The notes beneath the pieces were generated by a model. That model worked only from the letters and a program-made list of their open reading frames with translations, was not told where the DNA came from and did not search any database. Shown one piece after another: positions 50,401-61,408 of a stretch of DNA of 64,000 nucleotides (its first letter is position 1; each line of letters opens with the position of its first letter). The stretch lies in assembly GCA_000091205.1 (NCBI GenBank), contig AP006501.2, one strand, 5' to 3'. A program made the position numbers and the translations under genes. This DNA comes from Cyanidioschyzon merolae (taxonomy: Eukaryota).

Positions 50401-51214
50401 CGATGCATATTACTACGGGTGCTCGATACGTGATGGTTTTACGGGGACTATTGACGGCTCTTCTCTTGACATGCCTCAATTCCGTAAAGCACAGACGAAA
50501 CGTATTGGCGGGAATGGGGATCTGCATACTGAGCAATGCCGTGTGTGTGTATGCGTGTTTGTGTATGCAGAGCCTCCCGTGAGCGCCGTCCATGGCGGCT
50601 GGATGCGCCGCGTTCATCGACGCGGTTCCTGCGTCATCGCCAGTGGATGTGCAGTAGAGCGGAAAAACACCCCCAATGGAGCTGTGTTGCTTCGTGTGGT
50701 TAGCGGTAGCAATCGTGTGGGTGGCGAGTGGCGAGTGGCGGATCGTCATCCAAAGGAACTCGTTGCTTGTATGAAATGGAATGGATAGCATCAGTGACTC
50801 AGCCCGAGCCAAACCGGCCGAGTCGCGCTCTGGATAACAGAGACGTCATGTTGACGGAGGCGGCGGTGGCGGCGTATCTGACGTGCTTTCGTCATCGCCA
50901 TAATGGAAGGCAACGGATAAAGACGCGCACCATGGGGCGCTGGCACCGCTGAGGTGCAGCTTTACAGGCCGCGGCGCCACGCATACGCATGCACGGCTGT
51001 AGATGCGCAGTAGATGCTGCATATTGTGGTGCGTTGCTCCATTCATGGGATCGTTTCTGGCGGAACGGTCGCTTGGTAGTGGACCCCATCGCATGCACTG
51101 GATGCGACGGATGCCGGTCCATGGGCGTGCCATTGCCCCAGCGGGAGCTTGGCGGATGTAGCGGGTGCTGAAGTGAAACAGCGCCGTTTTCTGGCTTGTA
51201 GCGTGTTCCCGCTT

Positions 51215-51237
51215 CACACACACACACACACACACAC
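51215..51237. repeat. (CA)11 microsatellite
   Basis: cacacacacacacacacacacac is read directly from the sequence. Confidence 0.9.
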
Positions 51238-52027
51238 GAACAGAACACTGTACGCAATTGGGTGGATACAGCTCCTGGACACCGGCGAAGAACCTGACGA
51301 GAAACGTGCACAACGATTTGGATGCGGGGCAGCGCATTTGCAGCTCGCTGCATCTGTGCGAGCGCTGCAGTGCGCTTGGATTCGAGAAGCGGTGCGGCGC
51401 TCTGCGATATCAGGTACGGTACACCGGGGTCTTGGTGTCTCCCAGCGTCAAGTGAATGGTGAAAGATTCATATCCCGAGTGTCGCACGTACCTGCGTTGA
51501 GACAGGATCGCTCAGCAGCAGTGGGAGCACCGAGCATCGACATCGTGCAAGTTGTCTTCGGCGCCCGTGTTGCCAGATACAAGTGTACTCTGACGTGTGC
51601 TCCGCATGGACCATGCACAAATGTTTGGAGTGGTATAGCGTACATGGAGTCAAGGGAACGACGCTGCCCGCATTCATATGGAAAGCGTGTTTTAGAGGAG
51701 TGCAGCTGAAAAGGCACCGAGGCATACGCAGTTCTGTGTGTTGCTTACTGGGATGCGTCGCAGGGCTCCGTACCGCATGGCGTATTCTTGGAGATATTCG
51801 GACAAGTATATTTTTTCTCAGCATGTCATGCAGAGATCGTGACGTCACAACATACGCTGAGATATTCTCTATATCAGCATTTGCACAGTAGATAGGTTAA
51901 GAGAGATCTGCGTGATGAAAAGCAGCTCTACGTATTCTTGTCGTCAGCATTTGCGCAGTAGGGTATTCTAGGTGTATAAAAAAAGAACAGAAAATAACCT
52001 CTAACTGGCAATGCGACAACAGTGTCG

Positions 52028-52634
52028 CTCGACCTCTGTGGTAAGCGTTGAAAGAGGGAAAGGTTTCTATATCTTCGAAAGTTTACCCTCCAGGCAGAAT
52101 GTCCCGCGAGTCGGACGAGTCTGCCAGACCAGTGCTTCATGCTCTCCCTCAGTTGCGGGCGCTGTTGTGAGATCTACGCAGCTTGTCCGCAGCGCAGTTT
52201 ATTCTGGGACTTGGAGCGGGTAGCGTGCTTTTAGGCTTCGCCCTGGTCGCAGTGGACTCCTAGTGGATCGCTTCGCGCTGCCGCAGGCAGGGCGTCTATC
52301 TGCGAAGCTTGCAGGCTCCCAAAATGATTCTGTACTCAGACACCGTGTCGCGCAAACTACGCCTCGGGCCGATGTCGTCAGTGGTACGGGAAAGCCGTTC
52401 TCTCTCGGTGAAGCATCCGCAACAGCGGTTTGTGCAGCGATCGCGGACGATCACAGCAGGCACTCGGCACACAAGAGAACATACGAAACGACCAGTATAT
52501 CCGAGAATAACTATAAGTAATGGAAGTCCGAGGTAGGTGCAGCTTCATAGAAACTTTCCCGAAAGCCAGTATCCATCGATCCTGCAATCTGGGGTCTACG
52601 GTCAATGGATACCATGTTGTTGATTGAGAAAAAC
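52028..52634 (-). repeat. Copy X2 of the dispersed repeat (607 bp, reverse orientation), about 100 bp upstream of the TPS ORF. A short degenerate ~70-bp tandem duplication lies at 51800-51970 in an adjacent AT-rich patch
   Basis: Its reverse complement aligns with X1 and X4 along the full length, for example ggagtccactgcgaccagggcgaagcc, cccagaataaactgcgc and agcatgaagcactggtctggcagactcgtccgactcgcggga. Confidence 0.7.
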
Positions 52635-52732
52635 GGCGACCTCCTGGTCGCCACCAATACATTCAGAGCGTTCTCGTGGACTACACTTTACAGTGGACTC
52701 AGCGTTTCTATAAACACCAGGCTTGATCCGAT

Positions 52733-55700
52733 TTGGTTCCACATTTGCATGGGTCTCTCATGACAGGACCACTCGAGACGACAGACCTCAGTTCAGAGTC
52801 TTGGTTAGCGACTCGCGAGCAAGAGCTCTTAGCGGTACTGGAACAGCTCCAAAAGAAACTTGATGCTTTGCGGCGATCGCAGCACTTTGGGCGTCACCCT
52901 CGGTTATGGAAAGAACGCGTCGCGTCGATGCTGGCATCGCCAGAGCGGAATACTTTGTTCCGCTCCAGCTCCGAGGGAATAGAGAACACCACCGAGGGCG
53001 GCCTCGAAACAAAGCTGTACCCGATCCAACGAATCATTTTCGTGTCGCTGCACCTGCCTTCAAAAGCTGAAGTCGACCTCAATCGAGCACTATCCGTCAC
53101 AGCGCGGGTTACAAGCGCCATTTTGACGGTGCTGGCGAGCGATCCAGAGGTGCCAGTCGTCTGGGTGGGTCTCGAGCCGCCCACCGGGGACGCACCACCC
53201 GAGACGCCGGGCGCCGGCACACTCACGAGCTATGCTTTGACAGATGCTTTGCAATTGACCGGAAGAGTGACGCATTCGCCACAACTCGCTCGAACGTTTG
53301 TATGCGTGCCCATGGAGCCCGCACTAGCCAGTGCCTTTGTAGCTTTTGCCGAAGAGCAGCTATGGTCACTTCTACACTATGATTTTGCGGGCCTCTTCTG
53401 CGGAGATCTCTCTATTCAAGATGGGTGGCGAGCGTACTGTACGGCAAACGCGCTCTTTGCCGATACCATCAGGGGCCTCGATATCGGTCCGGGTGATCTT
53501 CTCTGGATACACGACTATCCACTGATGATGCTGCCGGGGCTGGTGCGCCGTCACCTCCCCCATGCACGTATCGGTTTCTATCTGCATACCTGTTTCCCGT
53601 CGACGGAGATCTTTCGTATTTTCCCGTATCGGCGTGAGATGCTTGAGTCGCTGCTCCAGAGCAACCTGATTGGCTTCCAGGCGTTTGGGTATGCGCGGCA
53701 CCTGGTGACCGCCTCGACGCGATTGCTTGGAGTCGAAGGCACCTACGAAAAAATCGTCATCGAACAGCGACCTGCGCATGCCTGTTTTCTGAGCATCTAT
53801 CCTTTGGGAGCTGGAGTCCGTATGGTGAACACCATCCTCGAGAGTCGTGCAGCTCGCCGTCGCATTGCCGAGTTAAAGGAACGTTTCCAGGGTCGGCGAA
53901 TTATTGTGGGTCTGGAGCGGCTTGATGATCGTTTCGGGGGCATCGACTTGAAGCTTGCCGCATTTGAAGAATTCCTAGCACGGAATCCTCTCATGCGTAA
54001 CCAGTGCGTTCTCGTGCAGGTTGCCGTGCTCGAGGCGCACGGTCATCGTGGTAAGGGGCGCTCGGCCTTGCCCGCTGAACGCAACAGCATCGACCCCAGT
54101 GTGTTTGCCACGAGTGTTTCGACGTCGAAGCGTCTTCGACATGGAGCGCAGGCCCCGAGCACCCGCTCTGGGTTCGGTGCTGGTGGCGATCATCATCGAC
54201 CAATTCTGTCGCAGGGGAACGGACAATTCAAAGCGAACCGCTCCCGCACAAGCACGGGCCTTGTTGCCGACGAGGACGGCCGCCGGCAACTCATCCGCAC
54301 GGTTTGCTCCCTGGTTGGGCGCATCAACGCAGTGTACGGCTCTCTGGACGCATCGCCAGTGCATTTCGTGAACTACGAGCCGAGTTATGAGGAGCTTCTC
54401 GCACTGTTCGCAGTCGCCGATGTATGTCTGGTATCCTCAGTGCGTTCGGTGATGACCCCAGTCGCCTACGAGTGGACACTGTGCCAACACGGGCGCGGCG
54501 AGGGTCCGCTCGTTCTTAGCGAGTTCAGCGGTGCGAATCGAACCTTTCCCTCGGCGATGCTGGTCAATCCGTATGACATTGAGGGCGTGGCGTTCGCACT
54601 CCAAGAGGCACTTAGCCTGGACGCCCGCGAACGCAAAGTCCGGCATGAGATCGCGTACCAGTATGTGATGCAGAATACCGTCAAGACGTGGTTCGATAAC
54701 TTTGTGGAGGATCTGCAAGTTGCCGCCGCCACGGATCACCAGCATGCGAACGACCCAGTGCCGCTATCTGTGTCCGAGTCGCAGGTTGCCGGGTCGCTGG
54801 CGGCAGCCCGCCTGCCGTCTCCGGAAGCTTCCTCAGCGGACATGCACCCGGAGGCTGTGCTGTGCTCGGGTGCGGCAGGAGAGCGTGCAGAGATTGCGGT
54901 GGTCGCACGGCTCCTTGAGCTGAGCCAAAAGAAAAGGCTTTTTATCCTCCAGCACGACGGAGCGTTGATGCCGTTCCAGGCTATCGCGGAGCTGGCGGGG
55001 CCGCATCCGAACGTGCTTCGCATCGTCAGTGTCTTGGCAACGGACCCGCGCAATGTCGTGTATCTGTGTAGTGGCCGTACGCGAAGGATTGTAACCGAAT
55101 GGTATCAGCCGTATGCCCACAAATTTGGTTTCATTTGTGAGTTTGGATTGTTTCTGCGTGCGCCTGGAGCAAACAACATCTGGACGGTGAATGCCGAAGG
55201 CGAACTGTCCGATCCCGACGAATGGAAACCGCTGATGCTGCCGCTGATGCGGACGTTTGCGGATCGAACACCTGGAGCGATTGTCGAGGAAGCTGAACAC
55301 ACACTCGTTTGGCACTATCGGGACGCGGATCCGGATTTCGGCAAGTGGCAAGCGCTCGAGCTCATGGAGGAATTGGGACGTATTCTGCGCTCGCCCCAGA
55401 ACAATGGACTCTCTCTGGAGGTCGTCCACTATGAAGCTGTCCATGCAACGGGCGGCAAATGGGTCCGGGTTGGACCACGGGGGGTGCGCAAGGCCCGCAC
55501 AGTCGAGCGGCTTCTCTCGGAGCTATCCCTGCGTGAGTTCGATTTTGTGCTGGCGTGCGGCGAGGATCGCCACGACGACGAGATGTTCGAGACGCTCCAG
55601 CACCGCACGAGCATGTCGAGCGTTCTGGTACGTATCGGCCGCTCATCCAGTGGACGTTCGCGAGCTGCGAACCTGCAGCTAGACTCGTGCCGCGAGTGGC

Positions 55701-56056
55701 TCGATGCACTCCAGCAGATCGTTCTCGGAACGCCAGGTAACGCGCCGCTGGTGTCGACTGCAGCGCTTTCGCCACGTCGCCAGGAGTCACTACCGCAGTT
55801 TGCGAGCGCTGAGCCAGTCCAGTCAGGCGAAGCGACGGATCCGAACGTCGCATCATCCGCGGATACCCTGGTGTACCGGAGGAGTGTTTCGGAACCGCGA
55901 ATCGGGTCTGCGGAATCAGAGCCGTCTACGAGCACCGCAGTCACAGCATTGCTGGCCGTAGCGTCGAGCGCGAGCGGAGCTGCCGGGCCGAAGCGACCGC
56001 CGTCGCTGCCCCGGATTCAGGAATACGAGACCCAGAGCGAAACCGAGTCATCCTGA
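52733..56056 (+). CDS. Bifunctional-type trehalose-6-phosphate synthase (GT20) with a C-terminal trehalose-phosphatase-like domain, 1107 aa. The true start may be a downstream Met
   Basis: The TPS core is LWIHDYPLMMLP...IGFYLHTCFPSTEIFRIFPYRREMLESLLQSNLIGFQAF...RIIVGLERLD..GI. The C-terminal region with LFILQHDGALMP and VLACGEDRHDDEMF is TPP-like. Confidence 0.9.
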   Translation: MVPHLHGSLMTGPLETTDLSSESWLATREQELLAVLEQLQKKLDALRRSQHFGRHPRLWKERVASMLASPERNTLFRSSSEGIENTTEGGLETKLYPIQRIIFVSLHLPSKAEVDLNRALSVTARVTSAILTVLASDPEVPVVWVGLEPPTGDAPPETPGAGTLTSYALTDALQLTGRVTHSPQLARTFVCVPMEPALASAFVAFAEEQLWSLLHYDFAGLFCGDLSIQDGWRAYCTANALFADTIRGLDIGPGDLLWIHDYPLMMLPGLVRRHLPHARIGFYLHTCFPSTEIFRIFPYRREMLESLLQSNLIGFQAFGYARHLVTASTRLLGVEGTYEKIVIEQRPAHACFLSIYPLGAGVRMVNTILESRAARRRIAELKERFQGRRIIVGLERLDDRFGGIDLKLAAFEEFLARNPLMRNQCVLVQVAVLEAHGHRGKGRSALPAERNSIDPSVFATSVSTSKRLRHGAQAPSTRSGFGAGGDHHRPILSQGNGQFKANRSRTSTGLVADEDGRRQLIRTVCSLVGRINAVYGSLDASPVHFVNYEPSYEELLALFAVADVCLVSSVRSVMTPVAYEWTLCQHGRGEGPLVLSEFSGANRTFPSAMLVNPYDIEGVAFALQEALSLDARERKVRHEIAYQYVMQNTVKTWFDNFVEDLQVAAATDHQHANDPVPLSVSESQVAGSLAAARLPSPEASSADMHPEAVLCSGAAGERAEIAVVARLLELSQKKRLFILQHDGALMPFQAIAELAGPHPNVLRIVSVLATDPRNVVYLCSGRTRRIVTEWYQPYAHKFGFICEFGLFLRAPGANNIWTVNAEGELSDPDEWKPLMLPLMRTFADRTPGAIVEEAEHTLVWHYRDADPDFGKWQALELMEELGRILRSPQNNGLSLEVVHYEAVHATGGKWVRVGPRGVRKARTVERLLSELSLREFDFVLACGEDRHDDEMFETLQHRTSMSSVLVRIGRSSSGRSRAANLQLDSCREWLDALQQIVLGTPGNAPLVSTAALSPRRQESLPQFASAEPVQSGEATDPNVASSADTLVYRRSVSEPRIGSAESEPSTSTAVTALLAVASSASGAAGPKRPPSLPRIQEYETQSETESS

Positions 56057-56421
56057 GGGCTCGTCGGCGTCTCTGTTGGGTCTGTGTATGCGCTGCGTAC
56101 CTGGCCCTGCATCGAATACGGTACTTGGACTGTGTGGACGCACCAGCGCTTTCTCGTGTTATTCGCCGACGAGCGCATCCATGGATCGCTGTTTCGCGTT
56201 GCGGTATCGGGAAAGGCGGCCACGATCCGCATCACGACCTGTTCGAATGGACGCCTGAGACGAGTCTCGGCTATAGCCAGCATAGAGGCATCTCGAACGA
56301 AGCATCTCTGGAGCAGCAGCGGAGTGGCATCGCAGCACACCAGCATCTGTCTCATCCTTAAGCAGACGTGCCGCGAGACGACACGAAACGACACGATGCT
56401 TGCAAGTGCATGGGAGCATAA

Positions 56422-57519
56422 TTAGTCGAGTTTTACCACAAGGCAGGATACGTTATCGGTGGAGCCGTCTTCGAGGGCCCGCCGAACGAGGCGCTCTGCA
56501 GCATACTGAGCGTTTTCGCGCATCCGCGTGTCGCTCAGAATCATTTGCGCAACCTGTTCGTCACTTAGGACGTCGAAGAGCCCGTCGCACGCCAAAACGA
56601 CATGCGTATCGACGCCCTCTTCGATGACATGCGTACTGGTAAAGGGTTCGGAGATCACCACGTGTTTCATCGCAAAATCACCAAACGCCCGACTCACAGC
56701 CAGAACACCTAGCACCCGATGGCAGACCACGAAACCACCCGAGTCACTCACCCGGCGCGCCTCGTTCTCGTCGCTCGCCTTGTGGTCGTAGGAGAGCCGC
56801 AGCGCGTTTCCGTCACGGCGAACGAGGATGGCTCGCGAGTCGCCGGCGTTCGCCGTGTGCAGGTACCGTCGTCCATCCTCGTCGCGCCGCAGCAAACAAG
56901 TGATGGACGTTGAACCAACGTAGAGACAGCGTTGCGTTTCTAGCTCACTATCCATTCGCGCGTATGCTCTCTGAAAGCAACGCTCGGGATAGCGCGTACG
57001 TTCCAGAGACAACGGCGGCGACGCTGCGCTCGAGCCGCTCGCTCCCTCCACCGCTTGCCGTTCCCTGGAGAGCTCCTCGGCGAAAACCTCGTGAAACCTG
57101 CGCTCTACTTCGGAGACGGCTTCCCGTCCGCCGTGGCCGTCGTAGATAGCGAAGAACATATCGTCGGCTCGACCAGCGAACCCGAAAATGAACTTGTGTC
57201 CGTCTTCGTTGGTTCGCCTGTATCGCTCGTTGGTGTCCTCGGCGAACCCGTAACTCAGGGTGCCCAGCGTCATGGCTGGCGTCAGGCCGTCGCCACTGCT
57301 CGTGGCGGGTGTCACCGGCACCGGTGCCGCAGCTGCAGTGCGCTCGACCTGGACGGTGTCGCCCGCACGCCTTGGCAGGCTGCTGGGCGGGCGACTTCGA
57401 CCACCCACACCGACCTGCGTTTCCTTGTACTCGACGCCGTCAAACTCGACGGCCTGCTTCCGATCCTCCACCGCATCCATACCAGCTTCAGCTTGGGTTC
57501 CAAAACCCTTCACCAACAA
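56422..57519 (-). CDS. Protein phosphatase 2C (PPM family), 365 aa
   Basis: FFAIYDGHGG, TANAGDSRAIL, VLACDGLFDVLS and DNVSCLVVKL are the PP2C motifs. Confidence 0.9.
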   Translation of the reverse strand: MLVKGFGTQAEAGMDAVEDRKQAVEFDGVEYKETQVGVGGRSRPPSSLPRRAGDTVQVERTAAAAPVPVTPATSSGDGLTPAMTLGTLSYGFAEDTNERYRRTNEDGHKFIFGFAGRADDMFFAIYDGHGGREAVSEVERRFHEVFAEELSRERQAVEGASGSSAASPPLSLERTRYPERCFQRAYARMDSELETQRCLYVGSTSITCLLRRDEDGRRYLHTANAGDSRAILVRRDGNALRLSYDHKASDENEARRVSDSGGFVVCHRVLGVLAVSRAFGDFAMKHVVISEPFTSTHVIEEGVDTHVVLACDGLFDVLSDEQVAQMILSDTRMRENAQYAAERLVRRALEDGSTDNVSCLVVKLD

Positions 57520-57795
57520 GCCAATAGCTTGGTGCAGCGGCCTATTCGCCCAGAAAGGAAACGTGGCTTTTCACGCTACGTTATGATTCAAGCGCTGCTG
57601 CTGCTGCTGCTGCTGCCCCTACTGCCCCTGCTGTGAATGGATCGCCTGGTACAGCCTTCGCGACAGCGGCCGTCTGAGATGCGTGCGCGCGCGCGCGCAC
57701 GCACACGCGTACCACACCGCCCGGATGGCCGCGGCAGCGCACAGCGTGATGCGCCCGCGCTCGAGACAGCGCATTGCGTGCATGGATACGTGCAA

Positions 57796-57824
57796 TGCGT
57801 GCGTGCGTGCGTGCGTGCGTGCGC
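57796..57824. repeat. (GCGT)7 microsatellite, with an adjacent (GC)n/(GCAC)n low-complexity stretch at 57670-57720 and (CTG)n at 57592-57636
   Basis: gcgtgcgtgcgtgcgtgcgtgcgtgcg is read directly from the sequence. Confidence 0.9.
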
Positions 57825-57861
57825 ATCTCAGGCGCTTCAGCCGCGATGATGATTGTCTTCT

Positions 57862-58190
57862 TTTCCGATGACACAACACATTCACAGTGACCACGGATTC
57901 CAGACTTCGAACTGGATATTGACATTCGGGAAAGCGTCCATCATGTTGCCACACCTTACCTCCAAGTTCTATGATGCATACTTTCTTTCGGACGTGCTGG
58001 TCGTTTTTGTGCGTCCTATCGCGCGCCTAACCCTCTTTGAGCACCCGCCCCAGCACCTAATCCGCCAGAGCAGATACATCATGGAGACAGAACCGCTTTG
58101 CCATACCACGGACGATATCGTCTCGATGGTGCGGAAACCGAGGCGGTTTCCATTGGCCCGCACCCAGGTTGCAGCGGGTGCTGTTCTTCA
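57862..58190 (+). repeat. Copy X3, a 5' fragment of about 330 bp of the dispersed repeat. It is truncated near the 3' end of the downstream gene
   Basis: ttttccgatgacacaacacattcacagtgaccacggattccag aligns with the X1 5' end, and gaaccgctttgccataccac aligns with gaacagctttgccataccac. Confidence 0.6.
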
Positions 58191-58352
58191 ATAAAATTGG
58201 ACCCAAGGCAACGCGTTCACTTGCAGATGAAAATTAAGTTTAGATCGCGCATAGGGATCCGAGACCTCGACCCATGCCTCGGAATCGTCCAGATCAAACA
58301 GAGTGAGCGGTGCATGGGCCCGCGGTGGTGCCAGCGCGTTCTTACCGCCGCG

Positions 58353-60512
58353 CTACATGAGTTCGGCGATACTGCAACGCACACCGCCGCCGCCAACTAC
58401 TTCAATCGTGCGAATATCGGCGTGAACCAAATCATCTAGATGTTCACGAAGAACCTGGCGCTGCTCTGGTGTGAATGCGTGGTAAGCACCTGTGCTCATC
58501 GCCATCACCGGTCGTCCGTAGCGCGACTCGATCTCCAGCACATTGCCGCAAAAGTGACACATCTGTTCACGGGTTATGGTGACGACCTCATGACCGGTGG
58601 AACGGAGCCGGTCCAGAATGAGTGCCCGCTCCCGTGAATCCTCCACCGATTCCGCACAGAAGACGGCGACGTGCGTTCCGATACACATCATCACGTTGGT
58701 GTGGTAAATTGGGCGCCCGTGGCCGTCCGTTGCGTGGAATGGAATCACTTCGTAGCCCATGACCCTGGCCCAGGTACGGGCAAGTTTCTGGTCGGATCGC
58801 TCACTGATCGCCATGTATGCAGTTCGATGGGGTCGGTCGAGGACCAGCGAGCCGGTGCCCTCGAGGTAGCGCGGCGTCTTGCTGACTTCCTCTCTCGTCA
58901 GGTCGTAGACATGCGTATACCGCCGGAAAGAGTGTAAGCGCGAAAGAAACTCTGGTCGACGCTCACGGCGACGATTCGGGGATTTCATGGGATAGAGCAC
59001 GAGGGTGCACTCGCCGACCTCTAGATCCGTGTGCGTGCTGAACCAGTTATTCGGAAACACCGAGTCCGGTGCATCGTGGTATTTGTCGTGGGTGAAAAGG
59101 TGAACTCGGGCCCCGATTTTCTGCACGATTTGGTAATAGAGCTGCGCGAATTCATTCAATACCTGACGACGGATCGAGACGAGTTTGTCCTGTGCACCAG
59201 TGGTGCTGGTGGTCTGCTCTGCATCATCAGGCTGGTGTTTCAATCCAGCGACCACGGCGCTCGGATCATGCATGAAGTAATTATCATGTGCTGCGTATAG
59301 ATTCGGCTCAAAGGCAGTTGGCGCAACCATAAGCAGATGATTGGTCGACTGCTGAATGGGAATCGTTGCTGGCTCCATCTGGTCCAGCTCCGTCTTGTTC
59401 TCCACGGGCACAATCCTGATGCCCAACTCGTGAAGATATTCCACGAAATCTACATCATGTCGGCCGAGAATAAACTCTCCCATGTGCGGAGTATTTAGCG
59501 GCCCGCTCTGATCCGAGAGAAAGCGCGCGGCATCCGTCATTAAGTCTGCATCGTTCGGCGTTTGTTCTGCAACAGTCGGCGCCGCGTTTTCTTGCCCCGC
59601 TGCGTCTAGCGAAGAAGATGCCGAATGCTGTCGCGATGGCAGCGGCGTCAGGTTCGCTGGAAGCATGTAATCGTTCACTAGCCGCGCTTGCGGAGGTTCC
59701 TGTATGGAGGTCAGCATCGCAGCAACGTCATCGGTGACGATTTTGAACACGTCCTGCAGCGTGGCGCGGTCTTTCGTGTTGCGGTCGAAGATGTCCCGCA
59801 CTGCAGCAACTCGTCGAGCTCGGTAGAGGCGGCGCGACATGGCATACCGGAAACCGGCAAAGTTTGTCAAGAGTCCGACACCAACGAAGCAGAGGTCGTC
59901 CGAGACCCACACGACATCGCGTGCCTCGAGCCGACAATGAGGTGGCAGTTCTTCGTGCATGATACGGCGGATTTGATTTTCTATTCGAGCCTGCTCCTGA
60001 CGCCGCCGGGCCTCACCCGTGGTGCCCCCCGCGAGCGACAGCGCCTCGGTTTCAAACTGCGCCCGCTGCAGAATCGCATCAACGACTGCAGCGGACGTTG
60101 GAGAGCCGCCCCCTGGTTCCCGATCCCAGAGCGTCCCGATGCGCGACGTCTCCGAAGCGTTCTGAGGCACCGGGCCCGAGCTCTCGACGGAGGATGCGCT
60201 TTGATCAGAGCCCTCTGGGGTTGACGTCGAAAACGCCGCCCTGCAGAGCCCACGTGGCGGCGAAAACACGCGCCTCCACACTGCACCGCGTAGCCCAAAG
60301 ACCGACCCCTCGAGCACACCACCAAAGCGGCAACCGAGCATAGTGCTCATGACACGCCACGCTGCCGCGGACTCGCTGCGATGAGGGTGCGGGTCAGAAC
60401 CCGACGCCAGCAGCTTGCGGGCGCTCCTCCTAGGCAGTGGTGGCGGGGTAGCTCGAGAATGAGACGTCTGCGCCCGGCTCGCGAAATGGACCGCTCCTAG
60501 AAAGCGGTCCAT
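58353..60512 (-). CDS. Amidinotransferase-superfamily protein (arginine deiminase / DDAH / agmatine deiminase-like C-terminal domain) with a long N-terminal extension, 719 aa
   Basis: The C-terminal region HTNVMMCIGTHVAVF...GGGGVRCSIAELM has the Gly-Gly-Gly-x-x-Cys active-site end typical of the guanidino-group-modifying enzyme fold. The N-terminal ~330 aa are unassigned. Confidence 0.55.
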   Translation of the reverse strand: MDRFLGAVHFASRAQTSHSRATPPPLPRRSARKLLASGSDPHPHRSESAAAWRVMSTMLGCRFGGVLEGSVFGLRGAVWRRVFSPPRGLCRAAFSTSTPEGSDQSASSVESSGPVPQNASETSRIGTLWDREPGGGSPTSAAVVDAILQRAQFETEALSLAGGTTGEARRRQEQARIENQIRRIMHEELPPHCRLEARDVVWVSDDLCFVGVGLLTNFAGFRYAMSRRLYRARRVAAVRDIFDRNTKDRATLQDVFKIVTDDVAAMLTSIQEPPQARLVNDYMLPANLTPLPSRQHSASSSLDAAGQENAAPTVAEQTPNDADLMTDAARFLSDQSGPLNTPHMGEFILGRHDVDFVEYLHELGIRIVPVENKTELDQMEPATIPIQQSTNHLLMVAPTAFEPNLYAAHDNYFMHDPSAVVAGLKHQPDDAEQTTSTTGAQDKLVSIRRQVLNEFAQLYYQIVQKIGARVHLFTHDKYHDAPDSVFPNNWFSTHTDLEVGECTLVLYPMKSPNRRRERRPEFLSRLHSFRRYTHVYDLTREEVSKTPRYLEGTGSLVLDRPHRTAYMAISERSDQKLARTWARVMGYEVIPFHATDGHGRPIYHTNVMMCIGTHVAVFCAESVEDSRERALILDRLRSTGHEVVTITREQMCHFCGNVLEIESRYGRPVMAMSTGAYHAFTPEQRQVLREHLDDLVHADIRTIEVVGGGGVRCSIAELM

Positions 60513-60721
60513 TTCGTCTGTCCGTTATGTCAAGAAACGACTGGTTGATACTCGCGCACTCATGGAGCCGCCCGCCAGCGTCCGATCCGCATGCTGCCGC
60601 TGGCGCTGCGCACACGTATGCAACGCCAGGATGCGATCCTCGCAATCAATTTACGCAAAAGCGCATTGCCTTGCGCTTGCCAGCGCGCTCGCTCTCCAGT
60701 AGCGTCTTGTAAGGGACCAGG

Positions 60722-61408
60722 GTGATCGCTCGAGAGCCTGCTCTGATGTCGACAGACGGAGAAACGCGCAAGCTAGCGTTTATCCTAGCGCCTCTGTTGC
60801 GAACAGGCCAGTGGCAACTTGCGCTGAGAACTGCTCCGCGTTGCCGGCTGCGCGCTGGCGGCTGGAAGCGTTCGGCGGGACGGGGTGCACTCCGTGCGAG
60901 TCTCAGTCCTGAGTCTAGCGCATCCGAAAGCGGAGGCTCAACGCGTAATGGTTCGCAGGGAACCGAGGGTCTGCTGCAAGACAAATCAACGGACGGGACG
61001 GGGGCGCAGCCGGCCACCGACCTGAGCCCCGCAGAGGCTGAACAGCTGCGCAAGAAGCAGGAAGCGGACGCGCTGCGTGCAGCAGAACGCTTCATGGAAC
61101 GAGACGAGGGCAACTTTGCGTGCACCTCTTGCGGCTATGTCTATACGCCCCAGACTGGGGAGACGTTTCTAGGTATACCGCCGGGCACGCAGTTTGAGGA
61201 TATCGATGCGGGAACGTTCCGTTGTCCCGTGTGCCGCTCGCCAAAGAGCGCGTTCCAGCCGGCACGAACAGTGGTCGCAGGTTTTGCGGTCAATCAGAAA
61301 TATGGAATCGGTGCGAATGCGCTGACGCCGGCGCAGAAAAATGCGCTCATATTCGGGGGACTTTTCGCCGCCTTTCTCTTGTTGCTTTCGGGCTATCTGA
61401 TGAGCTGA
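60722..61408 (+). CDS. Membrane-anchored rubredoxin (RubA/RBD1-like; a rubredoxin domain plus a C-terminal TM helix, with an N-terminal presequence), 228 aa. The start is uncertain
   Basis: The rubredoxin motif pair is FACTSCGYVY...FEDIDAGTFRCPVCRSPK (CxxCG ... CPxC). The C-terminal hydrophobic anchor is LIFGGLFAAFLLLLSGYLMS. Confidence 0.8.
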   Translation: MIAREPALMSTDGETRKLAFILAPLLRTGQWQLALRTAPRCRLRAGGWKRSAGRGALRASLSPESSASESGGSTRNGSQGTEGLLQDKSTDGTGAQPATDLSPAEAEQLRKKQEADALRAAERFMERDEGNFACTSCGYVYTPQTGETFLGIPPGTQFEDIDAGTFRCPVCRSPKSAFQPARTVVAGFAVNQKYGIGANALTPAQKNALIFGGLFAAFLLLLSGYLMS

